This document shows, in pieces, positions 17,903 to 26,672 of a stretch of 64,000 bases of DNA. The first letter of the stretch is position 1; every line of letters begins with the position of its first letter. The DNA lies in assembly GCA_044337135.1 (NCBI GenBank), contig JBIIOC010000001.1, forward strand, positions 14,416 through 78,415, in the 5' to 3' direction. The notes beneath the pieces are model-generated. The model was given only the letters and a program-made list of their open reading frames with translations. It was not told the DNA's origin and made no database searches. A program made the translations under genes and the position numbers. The stretch comes from Phycisphaerales bacterium. GTDB lineage: Bacteria; Planctomycetota; Phycisphaerae; Phycisphaerales; SM1A02.

Positions 17903-19117
17903 TCAATCGCCCTCGACGCCGTCGATCTTCCACAGGCTGCCAGGGCCTGATTCGCCTCCATCGAAGGCGCACAGGATCAGTTCGCCGTCGAGGAGCTCGC
18001 CGAAGCTGCTCCACATCTGGGCCGCAGCGCCACGCCGCCAGACGACCACGGGCTCGCCGCAGCCTCCATCGCCACAACGCAGTCCCCAGATCGTGCCGAA
18101 GGCGTAGTCCGCGTAGAGGTACGCGCCAAAGAGACCCGGAAACCGCGCGCCGCGATACACGAAGCCGCCGGTCACGCTCACGCCATCGCCGTGACCATAC
18201 TCCGCGATGGGCTCGATGTAGTCCGTGCCGAACGCCCCCGCGCGGGCCGGCGCAAAGGCGTGACGACCTTCGCGCACGTTCCATCCGTAGTTGCCGCCGC
18301 GCTGGATGATGTCGATCTCCTCCCACGCGTTCTGGCCAACATCGCCGCCATAGAGCTTGCCGGTGGCGCGATCGAAGCTCATTCGCCAGACGTTGCGCAG
18401 GCCGTAGGCCCACACCTCGGGCGCGGCCTTCGCGTTGCCCACGAAGGGGTTGTCGGAAGGCACGGCGTAGGGCTTGTCCCCCTCGGCGCGATCGACATCG
18501 ATGCGGATCACGGTGCCAAGCAGCGTGGAGGGATTCTGACCATGATTGTGCGGATCGTTCGCCGCGCCACCGTCGCCGATGCTGAGGTAGAGCATGCCAT
18601 CCGGACCAAAGAGCGCCGTTCCCCCGTTGTGATTCGAGTAGGGCTGCGGGATCTCCAGCAGCACCTTCGCGCTGCGGACGTCGGGCTTGCCCGAGGCGCG
18701 ATCGACCGTGAACCGCGTGAGCTCGCTTCTGCGCGGGCTCGACGCCGTGTAGTACAGGAAGAACTGCCCGTTCTCGGCGAACTTCGGATGGAAGGCCATC
18801 GAGAGCAGGCCCTCCTCGTTGCCCCGATCGTTCACCTGCTCGCGAATGTCCATCCAGGTCGGAGCGCTCGTGACGGACGTGTCCTGGAGATCCAGCCGCA
18901 CGATTCGTCCCGCCTGCTCGAGCACGTAGAGCGAGCGCGCATCGCCCGGCGCCTGCAGGGCCTGCACCGGCCGGCGGAGCTGCAGCGCCGGAAACAGTCG
19001 CGAGACGCGGATACGCGGGATCGGTCCCTTGTTCGGGTTGGGCAACGGGGACGTCGGTGGCTGCGCCTGCTGGAGCAGGACGGCAAGCAGCAGACTGATG
19101 ATCAGGTTCGCGTTCAT
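17903..19117 (-). CDS. PQQ-dependent sugar (glucose/sorbosone) dehydrogenase family beta-propeller protein, secreted
   Basis: NHNGGTALFGPDG, YLSIGDGG, GLRNVWRMSFD and GGNYGWN motifs, plus an N-terminal signal peptide. Confidence 0.85.
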   Translation of the reverse strand: MNANLIISLLLAVLLQQAQPPTSPLPNPNKGPIPRIRVSRLFPALQLRRPVQALQAPGDARSLYVLEQAGRIVRLDLQDTSVTSAPTWMDIREQVNDRGNEEGLLSMAFHPKFAENGQFFLYYTASSPRRSELTRFTVDRASGKPDVRSAKVLLEIPQPYSNHNGGTALFGPDGMLYLSIGDGGAANDPHNHGQNPSTLLGTVIRIDVDRAEGDKPYAVPSDNPFVGNAKAAPEVWAYGLRNVWRMSFDRATGKLYGGDVGQNAWEEIDIIQRGGNYGWNVREGRHAFAPARAGAFGTDYIEPIAEYGHGDGVSVTGGFVYRGARFPGLFGAYLYADYAFGTIWGLRCGDGGCGEPVVVWRRGAAAQMWSSFGELLDGELILCAFDGGESGPGSLWKIDGVEGD

Positions 19118-20202
19118 GACGGCATGGGCTCCAGGGTCTGGTGCGCTTTCGCAAGGGCCGCTCGGATCGATTCGGCCAGCGGAGGAATCGAGAGGGGCGC
19201 GCTTCCCTCGGCCTTGTTGTTCACGATCACGAAGGCCTCGCCGCCCGCAGCCAGGCAGGCCGCGACGAGCGCCGCGATCTCGTGGCGCGCGGCGGCGTCA
19301 GGTGCGGCAAGGCGATCGAAGGGCTCATACGTGCTGCGGGCCTCCTCGTAGCCGAGTCCGTGACCCAGCAGCCAGCGCACGAGAAGCACGGGCTCGCGCG
19401 ATGGATCCAGCCCTGCCTCGCGCAACGCGATGGACTGGCGCGCCGCGCCGGGCATCGAGGGAATCAGGCCGATGCCCGGCATCGCGGCGTGCGCGCGCAG
19501 CACCTGCGTGAACTGGCGACATGCCGTGCCGCGAAGCATCGCGTCGTTCCGGAACTCCACCGCGTAGCGTGGCCCCTTCGGAAGTCCGGCAAGGAAGGCC
19601 TCGAGTCGATCGAGCAGGTCATGCTCGCTCATCAGGACCTCGCCCTTGCCGATCGGGATGTGCGCGAACTGGAACAGGATGGGTCCGCAGCTCGCGCCAA
19701 GCCCCTCGACGATCGGACCAACCACGGCATCCGTCGCCCATGCGGCGTCCAGAAACCGCGGATTGATGGCGCCATGCAGCCGTGCGGCGGACACGTCACC
19801 CAGCGTGCTTCCATCGGACTGCAGGAACGGACGCGTGCACGCCTGATGCGCCTTCACCATGAAGCGGAAGTTCGACGGCACCTGTGCCGCGAGCGCGCGC
19901 AACGTCTCGATGGAGGGCGTCTCATAGAACGATCGATCAAGACCGACCGTCGCATGGAGCGGCTGGTGCGCATACGCCGCCAGACCTTTCGAGGCGATCT
20001 CGGAGACCGGTGCCTTCGCCGCGTAGACGAATCCACGCCAGCCCGGGAACGACCAGCTGCTGGTGCCGAGCCGCACGCGCGGTCCAAGTCCAGCCGCAAG
20101 GCGTGCGGACTCCGGTGAAACCGGAGCCGGCGCCACGATCTCCATCGCGCGGTCGCGCGGCGAATTGCCGAACAGCGATGGTTCCTCGCGCCGCGCTGGC
20201 AT
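19114..20202 (-). CDS. DUF72 family protein
   Basis: LGTSSWSFPGWRGFVY...FYETPS...FRFMVKAHQ pattern. Its stop overlaps the downstream ATG (ATGA at 19114-19117). The start is uncertain (20202 or 20145). Confidence 0.8.
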   Translation of the reverse strand: MPARREEPSLFGNSPRDRAMEIVAPAPVSPESARLAAGLGPRVRLGTSSWSFPGWRGFVYAAKAPVSEIASKGLAAYAHQPLHATVGLDRSFYETPSIETLRALAAQVPSNFRFMVKAHQACTRPFLQSDGSTLGDVSAARLHGAINPRFLDAAWATDAVVGPIVEGLGASCGPILFQFAHIPIGKGEVLMSEHDLLDRLEAFLAGLPKGPRYAVEFRNDAMLRGTACRQFTQVLRAHAAMPGIGLIPSMPGAARQSIALREAGLDPSREPVLLVRWLLGHGLGYEEARSTYEPFDRLAAPDAAARHEIAALVAACLAAGGEAFVIVNNKAEGSAPLSIPPLAESIRAALAKAHQTLEPMPS

Positions 20203-20240
20203 GCCACAACGGTAGCGCAGTCGCTCGTAGACTTCCCTGC

Positions 20241-21308
20241 ATGTCCAATGCAGGCCTTGGCAAGGGCACGCGCTTCCTGGTGGCTGGCGCCTGCGCGGTC
20301 GTGGTGATCGCGGGACTCCGCGCGGCAAGCGGATTGATCGTGCCGGTGCTGGCGGCAGCCTTCCTGGCGGTGATCTCGCTTCCGCCACTCGCCTGGTTGC
20401 GGCGCGTGGGGGTGCCGCGCTGGGCAGCCGTGGTGGCGCTGCTGGCTCTCGTCGTGGCGGTGCTCACCATCGCCACGCTGATCGTGACGCGCAACGTCGC
20501 GATGCTCGCGGACAACCTGCCCGGCTACCAGCTGATCCTGGACGAGCGACTGGAGCGGATCGACGCCTGGCTGAAGGAGCGCAACATCTCCGCGGACCTG
20601 TCGTCGCTGGTCGACGAGGCCCGCCCCGGCAACCTGATCGGATACGCCACCAGCGGACTGAGCGCGCTTGCGGGACTGGCGAAGGATGGGATCTTCGTGC
20701 TGCTCACCTTCGCGTTCCTGGCGGCCGAGGCGGCCGTGATTCCCGGAAAGATCCGCCAGATCACCGGCCGTGCCGACGATGATCTCGACCGCTTCGAGGT
20801 GATCCTGGCCGATGTGCAGGGCTATCTCGGCGTGAAGCTGCAGACCAACCTGCTCACGGGCGCGCTGGTCACGATCTCCTGCTGGATGCTCGCCACCCCC
20901 TACGCGCTGCTGCTCGGCTTGCTGGCGTTCCTGATGAACTTCATCCCGACCTTTGGCGCGATCATCGCGGCCGTGCCGGCGGTGCTGCTGTGCCTGGCGA
21001 TGAACGACTGGGCGTGGGCGCTTGGAATGGTCGCCGCGCAGGTCGTGATCAATGTCGCCATCGGCAACGTGCTCGAGCCTCGCCTGTTCGGCCGCCGCCT
21101 GGGGCTCAGCGCGGCGGTGGTGTTCCTGAGCCTGGTGTTCTGGGGTTGGGTGCTCGGACCGATCGGCATGCTGCTGAGCGTGCCGCTCACGATGGTGGTG
21201 AAGATCCTGCTCGACAACAGCGAGGACCTGCGCTGGATGGCCGTGCTCCTCGGCCCCGGCACCACGGGCGCGACGCCTCCACGCGCATCCGCCGATGCTT
21301 CCCGTTGA
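20241..21308 (+). CDS. AI-2E family transporter (PerM-like permease)
   Basis: Multi-TM protein with the typical C-terminal GPIGMLLSVPLT region. Start at the internal ATG 20241 (MSNAGLG). Confidence 0.85.
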   Translation: MSNAGLGKGTRFLVAGACAVVVIAGLRAASGLIVPVLAAAFLAVISLPPLAWLRRVGVPRWAAVVALLALVVAVLTIATLIVTRNVAMLADNLPGYQLILDERLERIDAWLKERNISADLSSLVDEARPGNLIGYATSGLSALAGLAKDGIFVLLTFAFLAAEAAVIPGKIRQITGRADDDLDRFEVILADVQGYLGVKLQTNLLTGALVTISCWMLATPYALLLGLLAFLMNFIPTFGAIIAAVPAVLLCLAMNDWAWALGMVAAQVVINVAIGNVLEPRLFGRRLGLSAAVVFLSLVFWGWVLGPIGMLLSVPLTMVVKILLDNSEDLRWMAVLLGPGTTGATPPRASADASR

Positions 21309-22518
21309 AACGCTGGAGCGGCTGACGCGCGGCGATGGTGCCAGCGCGCTCGCCGAGGCGATGGACTGGGAGGCACCAGGCCCGGCCCAGGTCGAGCGGC
21401 TGCGACGATCCCTGGATGCCGTGACCGCCTCGGCGGCGCTGGAGGTGGCACGCGCACGGCGATCGCTGCAGGGCCGGATCGACGCGTGGGCGACCTACTG
21501 GTGCGATCGTGATGGGGCCGCGCAGGCGAGTGACGACGCGAGCGCTCGATGGAAGGCGTCGCGGTTCCAGGGCGCGGGTGCGGTGGTCGATCTCTGCTGC
21601 GGAACGGGCGCGGATCTGGCCGCGATCGCGCGCGTGACCGCGGCGCGCGGCGTGGACCTTCGCCCCGACCGCGCATGGATGGCCGCCCGCAACTCGGACA
21701 TGCCGACCACCGTCGCCGATGTGACCGCGCTGGCGTTCGAGGAACGCGTCGCCCACGTGGATCCCGCCAGGCGCGACGAGAAGAACGATCGAAGGCTGCA
21801 CGGCTGGGAAGCGATGATGCCAGGTGGCGCCTTCATCCTTGGTCTCTCGAGGCGACTCGAGGGCCTGATGGTGAAACTCGGCCCCGGCGTGGAGATTCCT
21901 GCCGATCAGATGCCGACAGGGGCGGAGCTTGCCGTGCTGTCGCGCGGAGGTCGTCTCACGCAGGCGGTGCTCTCGACAGGCTCGCTGGCCCGGCATTCAG
22001 GCCAGCGCGTCGCCGTGCTCCTGCAGCATGGAGTCGAGATGGCCGGCATGCCGACGTGGACATCAGGTCGGGGCGATTCCGCGTGGGCCCCGAGTGACGC
22101 ATGGCATCGATTCATCGCCGAGCCCGATCCATCTCTGGAGCGGACCGGATTGCTGCCGTTGGCGGCGCGCGCCGAGGGCCTTCTGGAACGCGCGCCCGGT
22201 CTTGGGCTGTGCACGCGTCCGGAACCGCCCGCACGGACCTCGCCGTGGTTCCGGTGGTTCGAATGGCTCGAGAGCGGTCCCGCGCGTCTCGATCACCTCG
22301 GGCGACGGCTCGCGGAACTGAACGCGGGCGAGGTCGATGTGAAGGTGCGCGGAGGCGCCGCTGATGCGGACGCGTGGTCCCGCGCGCTTCGCGGCAAGGG
22401 CACGGCGTCCTTCGTGGTGTTCGTGCATCGGATCGGCCAGGGCGCCGAAGCCGTGATCGCGCAACGCCGTCAGGCAGCAGGTGCCGACGTTCCGTCGGTC
22501 TTCTCCATGCAGTCCTGA
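21295..22518 (+). CDS. Class I SAM-dependent methyltransferase (THUMP-like C-terminal region possible)
   Basis: VVDLCCGTGADL motif I. The 407-aa ORF has coding-like GC3. Confidence 0.7.
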   Translation: MLPVETLERLTRGDGASALAEAMDWEAPGPAQVERLRRSLDAVTASAALEVARARRSLQGRIDAWATYWCDRDGAAQASDDASARWKASRFQGAGAVVDLCCGTGADLAAIARVTAARGVDLRPDRAWMAARNSDMPTTVADVTALAFEERVAHVDPARRDEKNDRRLHGWEAMMPGGAFILGLSRRLEGLMVKLGPGVEIPADQMPTGAELAVLSRGGRLTQAVLSTGSLARHSGQRVAVLLQHGVEMAGMPTWTSGRGDSAWAPSDAWHRFIAEPDPSLERTGLLPLAARAEGLLERAPGLGLCTRPEPPARTSPWFRWFEWLESGPARLDHLGRRLAELNAGEVDVKVRGGAADADAWSRALRGKGTASFVVFVHRIGQGAEAVIAQRRQAAGADVPSVFSMQS

Positions 22519-23951
22519 AGCTCCGCCTCCGGGATCGAGAGGAACGCCTTCACGATCGCGGGATCGAAGTGCGTGCCCGAGCCTTCCTCGATGATGGCCC
22601 GCGCCTTCTGCAGCGGGAAACCATCGCGATAGGGGCGCTTGCATGTGATCGCGTCGAACACGTCGGCGACGGCGAGCACGCGGCCGATCAGCGAGATGGC
22701 CTCGCCCTTCAGCTGCCGCGGATAGCCGGTGCCGTCCCACTTCTCGTGATGGTCCAGCACGCCGGGCAGCACCGCCTGCATGATGGGGTAGGCCTGCAGC
22801 AGATCGTGTCCGGCCTGCGGGTGCTTGCGGATCTCGGCGAACTCGGCCTCGTCCAGCCGGCCCGGGCCCTGCTTCAGCAACACGCGATCGGGCACCGAGA
22901 TCTTGCCGATGTCATGCACGCGACCGCTGTCGTGGATCAGCGTGCAGGTGCGTTCATCCAGTCCGGCCGACCGCCCCACGATGCGAGCCAGCCGCGCCAC
23001 GCGACGCGAGTGGCCGCCGGTGCATGGGTCGCGACGATCGACCGCGTCGGCGATGAGCTGCACCATGTCGCGACCATGCGCGAGCTTCTCGAACTGCGAG
23101 GCCGCCATGCGAACGAGCGCGTTGGCCACGCGGGCCGCCTCCTCCAGGCGCTTTCGCTCACCGGGATCGCCCCGGCCACTCCCGTTGTCCGCGTACAGGA
23201 AGCCGAAGCGCCCCTGCTCTCCCACCGGCATGCAGAAAGCCTGATTCACCGCGACGCGCTCCAGGCTGGCGACGATCGCCTGATCGCCCGCACCACCCTT
23301 GTCCGTGACCAGCACCATGCCGTCGCGCGCGTTGCGCAGCATGGTGCGGCTCATGCGCAGGTGACCCGATCGATCGGTCACCTCGCCAATGCTCTCGAGC
23401 ACTTCCACGCCATCGACGGCGCTGGAGCGGCGCACGAACGCGACATTGGCGAAGCGCGTGGCCTGCTCCACGGCCTGGACGAGCTTGACTCGCATGTCGT
23501 CCTCGGAGCCCTCGCGCTGGAGCGTCTCGCTCAGGTCCAGCAGCAGCGCCAGGTGCTCATGATCGAAGTCCTGGTTGCGACCGGCAAGGAGCCGCTCGAA
23601 GGCTTCCCTGGCATCGTCCGCGCCACCCATCATCGTGGCGCCATGTGCGCCCGCCATGCTCATCTCGAGCATGATCGGCCCGCACGCGAGCACATCGCCG
23701 TCGGACAGCTCCTGCGATTCGTCCTTGCCAAGCCTTCGACCGTTCACCGACGTGCCAGCCTGACTTCCGGAATCCTGCACGCGCCATGCGCCCGACACGA
23801 AATCAAGGCGCGCGTGACTGCGGCTGACCTTCGGGTCGTTCAGCACGATCTGGCAGGTTGGCAGGCGCCCGACGAGAAGCGGCCCCGGAGGCGTGAGCGG
23901 AAATGTGGTGGTGCCCTCCGCACGCTTCCAGATCAGGCTCGCCTCGGTCAT
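22470..23951 (-). CDS. FHA - GAF-like - HD-GYP domain signalling protein (putative c-di-GMP phosphodiesterase)
   Basis: FHA: LVGRLPTCQIVLNDPKVSRSHARL. A central GAF-like segment follows. HD-GYP: HSRRVARLA, HDIGKI, HHEKWDGTGYP, ADVFDAIT. Confidence 0.85.
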   Translation of the reverse strand: MTEASLIWKRAEGTTTFPLTPPGPLLVGRLPTCQIVLNDPKVSRSHARLDFVSGAWRVQDSGSQAGTSVNGRRLGKDESQELSDGDVLACGPIMLEMSMAGAHGATMMGGADDAREAFERLLAGRNQDFDHEHLALLLDLSETLQREGSEDDMRVKLVQAVEQATRFANVAFVRRSSAVDGVEVLESIGEVTDRSGHLRMSRTMLRNARDGMVLVTDKGGAGDQAIVASLERVAVNQAFCMPVGEQGRFGFLYADNGSGRGDPGERKRLEEAARVANALVRMAASQFEKLAHGRDMVQLIADAVDRRDPCTGGHSRRVARLARIVGRSAGLDERTCTLIHDSGRVHDIGKISVPDRVLLKQGPGRLDEAEFAEIRKHPQAGHDLLQAYPIMQAVLPGVLDHHEKWDGTGYPRQLKGEAISLIGRVLAVADVFDAITCKRPYRDGFPLQKARAIIEEGSGTHFDPAIVKAFLSIPEAELQDCMEKTDGTSAPAA

Positions 23952-23973
23952 GCCGGTCAGCGTACCGCGGCGA

Positions 23974-25071
23974 TCAGGGTGCCTTCACCGCGCCACCCGC
24001 AGGAACAGGCGCGGCCGTCGCGAGATCCTGCTTCGCGTTCGCCACGCTGCCGGAGATCGCCGGCAACCCCAGCAGCGCGAGCGCGGTGTTGCCCGCGTCG
24101 GCGTTGCGGATCGGCGGTGCGCCCGTGGCGGCCATTCGCTCGCCGGGTGGTGGCCTGGTGCGAGTCGATGCGTTGATCTCGTACAGGTCGACGGGTTCGC
24201 TGTCGGCACCCAGCCAAACCAGGAACGGGATCCGGAAGTTGATCGGCGCAGCCGGATCCGTGTGGCTCTTGAATGGCACACCACCGCCATGATCCGCCGT
24301 GAGCACGATCGCCACGCGACCCTTCCACGCGGGCTCCGCATCGATCGCCGACAGGATCCGGCGCACGGCCTCGTCGATCGCCTGGACGGACTTGCGGTAC
24401 GGCGAACCGTCGGTCAGGTCCCAACCCTGGCCGTGCCCCGCGAAGTCCGCGTTCGGAAAATGCACCATGGTCAGGCCGCGCTTGCCCTTGCGCACGGCGT
24501 CGCGCATCGAGGCCAGCGCAAGATCGGCGATTCCCGCGGGCTCCGGCGTGCAGGCGAACGAATCGATCTTGTCCTTGCCGTCATCGGGCGCAAGCTGATC
24601 CTGGTCGCCGGCATCCTCGCCGTAGCTCTGCTCGAAGAGCACGAACTTCCACTTGCCGGCCACCAGCGCGGTGTGCAGCCCTCGGTCATGCGCGACGTCG
24701 AACATGCTGTCGATGTCGCTGCCCTTGCGCAGCGAGAGCGTGCCGCCATGCTTGCGTGCGGGTGGATCCGTGTTCTCCGTCCATCCGTGACCGTTCTCCC
24801 CCGCCACCGGCCGTCCAGTCACCATGGAGACGTGATTGGGAAGCGTGATCGAGCAGTCGGGGTCACAGCGCGCATCCAGCGTGTGCGGGCCTCGTGCCAA
24901 TCGCGCCAGGCCTGGGTAGGTCTCGGCAAGCTCCGGTCCAACGCATTCCGGACGCAGGCCATCCACCGAGATCATCAGCACGTGATCGAAGGTCTTCGCC
25001 GCGGCCTCGGGAGCCGGGGTCGCGAAAGAGGCCAGAAGCGCAAGAGCCCAGGACAGTCGGCGCATGAACAT
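23974..25071 (-). CDS. Secreted alkaline-phosphatase-superfamily nucleotide pyrophosphatase/phosphodiesterase (ENPP-like)
   Basis: ISVDGLRPE, LPNHVSMVTG, HFPNADFAGHG and LTADHGG motifs. Signal peptide from MFMRRLSWALALLASFA. Confidence 0.8.
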   Translation of the reverse strand: MFMRRLSWALALLASFATPAPEAAAKTFDHVLMISVDGLRPECVGPELAETYPGLARLARGPHTLDARCDPDCSITLPNHVSMVTGRPVAGENGHGWTENTDPPARKHGGTLSLRKGSDIDSMFDVAHDRGLHTALVAGKWKFVLFEQSYGEDAGDQDQLAPDDGKDKIDSFACTPEPAGIADLALASMRDAVRKGKRGLTMVHFPNADFAGHGQGWDLTDGSPYRKSVQAIDEAVRRILSAIDAEPAWKGRVAIVLTADHGGGVPFKSHTDPAAPINFRIPFLVWLGADSEPVDLYEINASTRTRPPPGERMAATGAPPIRNADAGNTALALLGLPAISGSVANAKQDLATAAPVPAGGAVKAP

Positions 25072-25228
25072 CGCGAACAAGCCTACCCCTCTCCAGGGCA
25101 CGGCTGGCCAGGCGAACGGTGAAGAACATGCAAGGCCTCGTCATCCGGAACCGTGGCGCGAGGAGGATGGTCCTGCGCGGGGCGGCGGGCTGTCTGAGCT
25201 CGCCGCCGGAGGCCGGCGACGCGTTGAG

Positions 25229-25301
25229 TGGACCTGATCGGGCTCGAACCGACTACCTCTTCCATGCCATGGAAGCGCTCTCCCAAATGAGCTACAGGCC
25301 C
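25229..25301 (-). tRNA. tRNA-Ala (anticodon GGC), CCA not encoded
   Basis: Folded by hand into a 73-nt cloverleaf: acceptor GGGCCTG/CAGGTCC with the G3:U70 Ala identity pair, D stem GCTC/GAGC, anticodon stem CTTCC/GGAAG with loop AUGGCAU, and T arm GTCGG-TTCGAGC-CCGAT. Confidence 0.9.
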
Positions 25302-25448
25302 AGGGAAGTGACTTGGTTGTCCGCCAGACCCCGTGGTCCGATGGGTCGATGAGTGTACCCGAAGCCCCCGCTGCCGCCAGCACACCCATCCAATGGCTTT
25401 CGGACGCCCCGCCGCGGGGCTTGGGCGCCCGAGCACCGATTTCAGCGC

Positions 25449-25775
25449 TCAGGGGGCCGTGAGCGCCTCGGCCAGCGTGCCCTTCTGCACCACGCCGACC
25501 CACTTCTTCACCATCTGGCCGTTCTTGAACAGCATGACGGTGGGGATGCTCTGGATGCCGTACTTCACGGCGATGCCCTGATGGTGGTCCACGTTCACCT
25601 TGCCGACCTTCGCCTTGCCGGCGGTCTCGGTGGCAAGTGCGTCGATGGTCGGGGTGAGCATGCGGCAGGGCATGCACCACTCCGCCCAGAAGTCGACGAG
25701 CACGGGCACGCTGCTCTTGAGGACCTCGGACTCGAAGTTTGCGTCGGTGAACTCGAGGGTGTTGGCGCTGGCCAT
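25449..25775 (-). CDS. trxA: Thioredoxin
   Basis: 108 aa with WAEWCMPCRM (WCxPC) and a typical thioredoxin sequence throughout. Confidence 0.95.
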   Translation of the reverse strand: MASANTLEFTDANFESEVLKSSVPVLVDFWAEWCMPCRMLTPTIDALATETAGKAKVGKVNVDHHQGIAVKYGIQSIPTVMLFKNGQMVKKWVGVVQKGTLAEALTAP

Positions 25776-25838
25776 GGAGATGTCTCGGTGAAGTTTCGGA
25801 ATGCGCCTGCGGAACGCTTCGCGGGCGGGACGGCGATC

Positions 25839-26672
25839 CTAGCAACCCTGATCCGCGCGGAACACCGCACGAACCTGCGCATGTGGCGCGACATCGTGAA
25901 CCCGAAGCACGGCCGCCCCTCCCCGAATGGCCAGCACCGCCGCGGCCAGCGTGGCCGGCAGGCGATCGGCCGGATCCGGCGCACCAGCCACAGCGCCCAG
26001 GAAACTCTTGCGCGAGACCCCGACCAGCACGCGGTGGCCGCTTGCCACCAACTCGTTCAGGCGTCGCAGCATCTCGAAGTTCTGCGCAACGCTCTTGCCG
26101 AAGCCGAACCCGGGATCCAGCAGGATGCGCTCGCGCGGAATGCCCGCGCGCACCGCCGCATCCACGCGCGACCGAAGCCAACCAAGCACGTCGTGCACCA
26201 CATCGGCGTAGAGCGGTTCGTGCTTGTACTGGTCGCTGTAGCGATCCTGCCCCGGCGGAACCAGACGGTGCATCAGCACCACGTCCGCCTGCGCGTGCGC
26301 GACGACCTGCAGGATCCGCGGATCCTCGGTGCCGGCGCTGACATCGTTCACCATCGTGGCGCCGGCCGCGAGCGCACGCTCCGCGACCGCCCCAAGGGTG
26401 GTGTCCACGCTGATGCATGCCGCACCGGCTGCGCGCAGTCCCTCGATCACGGGCACCACGCGTCGGATCTGCTCATCAACCGGCACACGCTCGGCGCCGG
26501 GCCGCGTGCTCTCGCCACCCACATCGATCCAGTCCGCGCCCTCGCCGAGCATCCGCAGGCCATGCGCGATCGCGGCGGGCACGTCCATGGTGCGACCACC
26601 GGCATGAAACGAATCCGGTGTGCAGTTGAGGATGCCCATCAACTGCGGCAAGTCGATGCGCGTGCCGCTCAC
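25839..26672 (-). CDS. folP: Dihydropteroate synthase
   Basis: GILNCTPDSF and DVGGESTRPGA motifs. GTG at 26670-26672 overlaps the upstream TGA (GTGA). ATG at MGILN is an alternative start. Confidence 0.9.
   Translation of the reverse strand: MSGTRIDLPQLMGILNCTPDSFHAGGRTMDVPAAIAHGLRMLGEGADWIDVGGESTRPGAERVPVDEQIRRVVPVIEGLRAAGAACISVDTTLGAVAERALAAGATMVNDVSAGTEDPRILQVVAHAQADVVLMHRLVPPGQDRYSDQYKHEPLYADVVHDVLGWLRSRVDAAVRAGIPRERILLDPGFGFGKSVAQNFEMLRRLNELVASGHRVLVGVSRKSFLGAVAGAPDPADRLPATLAAAVLAIRGGAAVLRVHDVAPHAQVRAVFRADQGC

Noticed and set aside
25204-25218. Short GC hairpins next to the tRNA (25204-25218) and below trxA (25406-25420) as intrinsic terminators
   Set aside because: The stems are only 6 bp with 3-nt loops, and no U-tract follows on the transcribed strand.
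25102-25448. tRNA-Ala flanks as a possible integration site or genomic island border
   Set aside because: There is no integrase, no direct repeat of the tRNA 3' end and no compositional shift on either side. The neighbours are ordinary (phosphodiesterase, thioredoxin).
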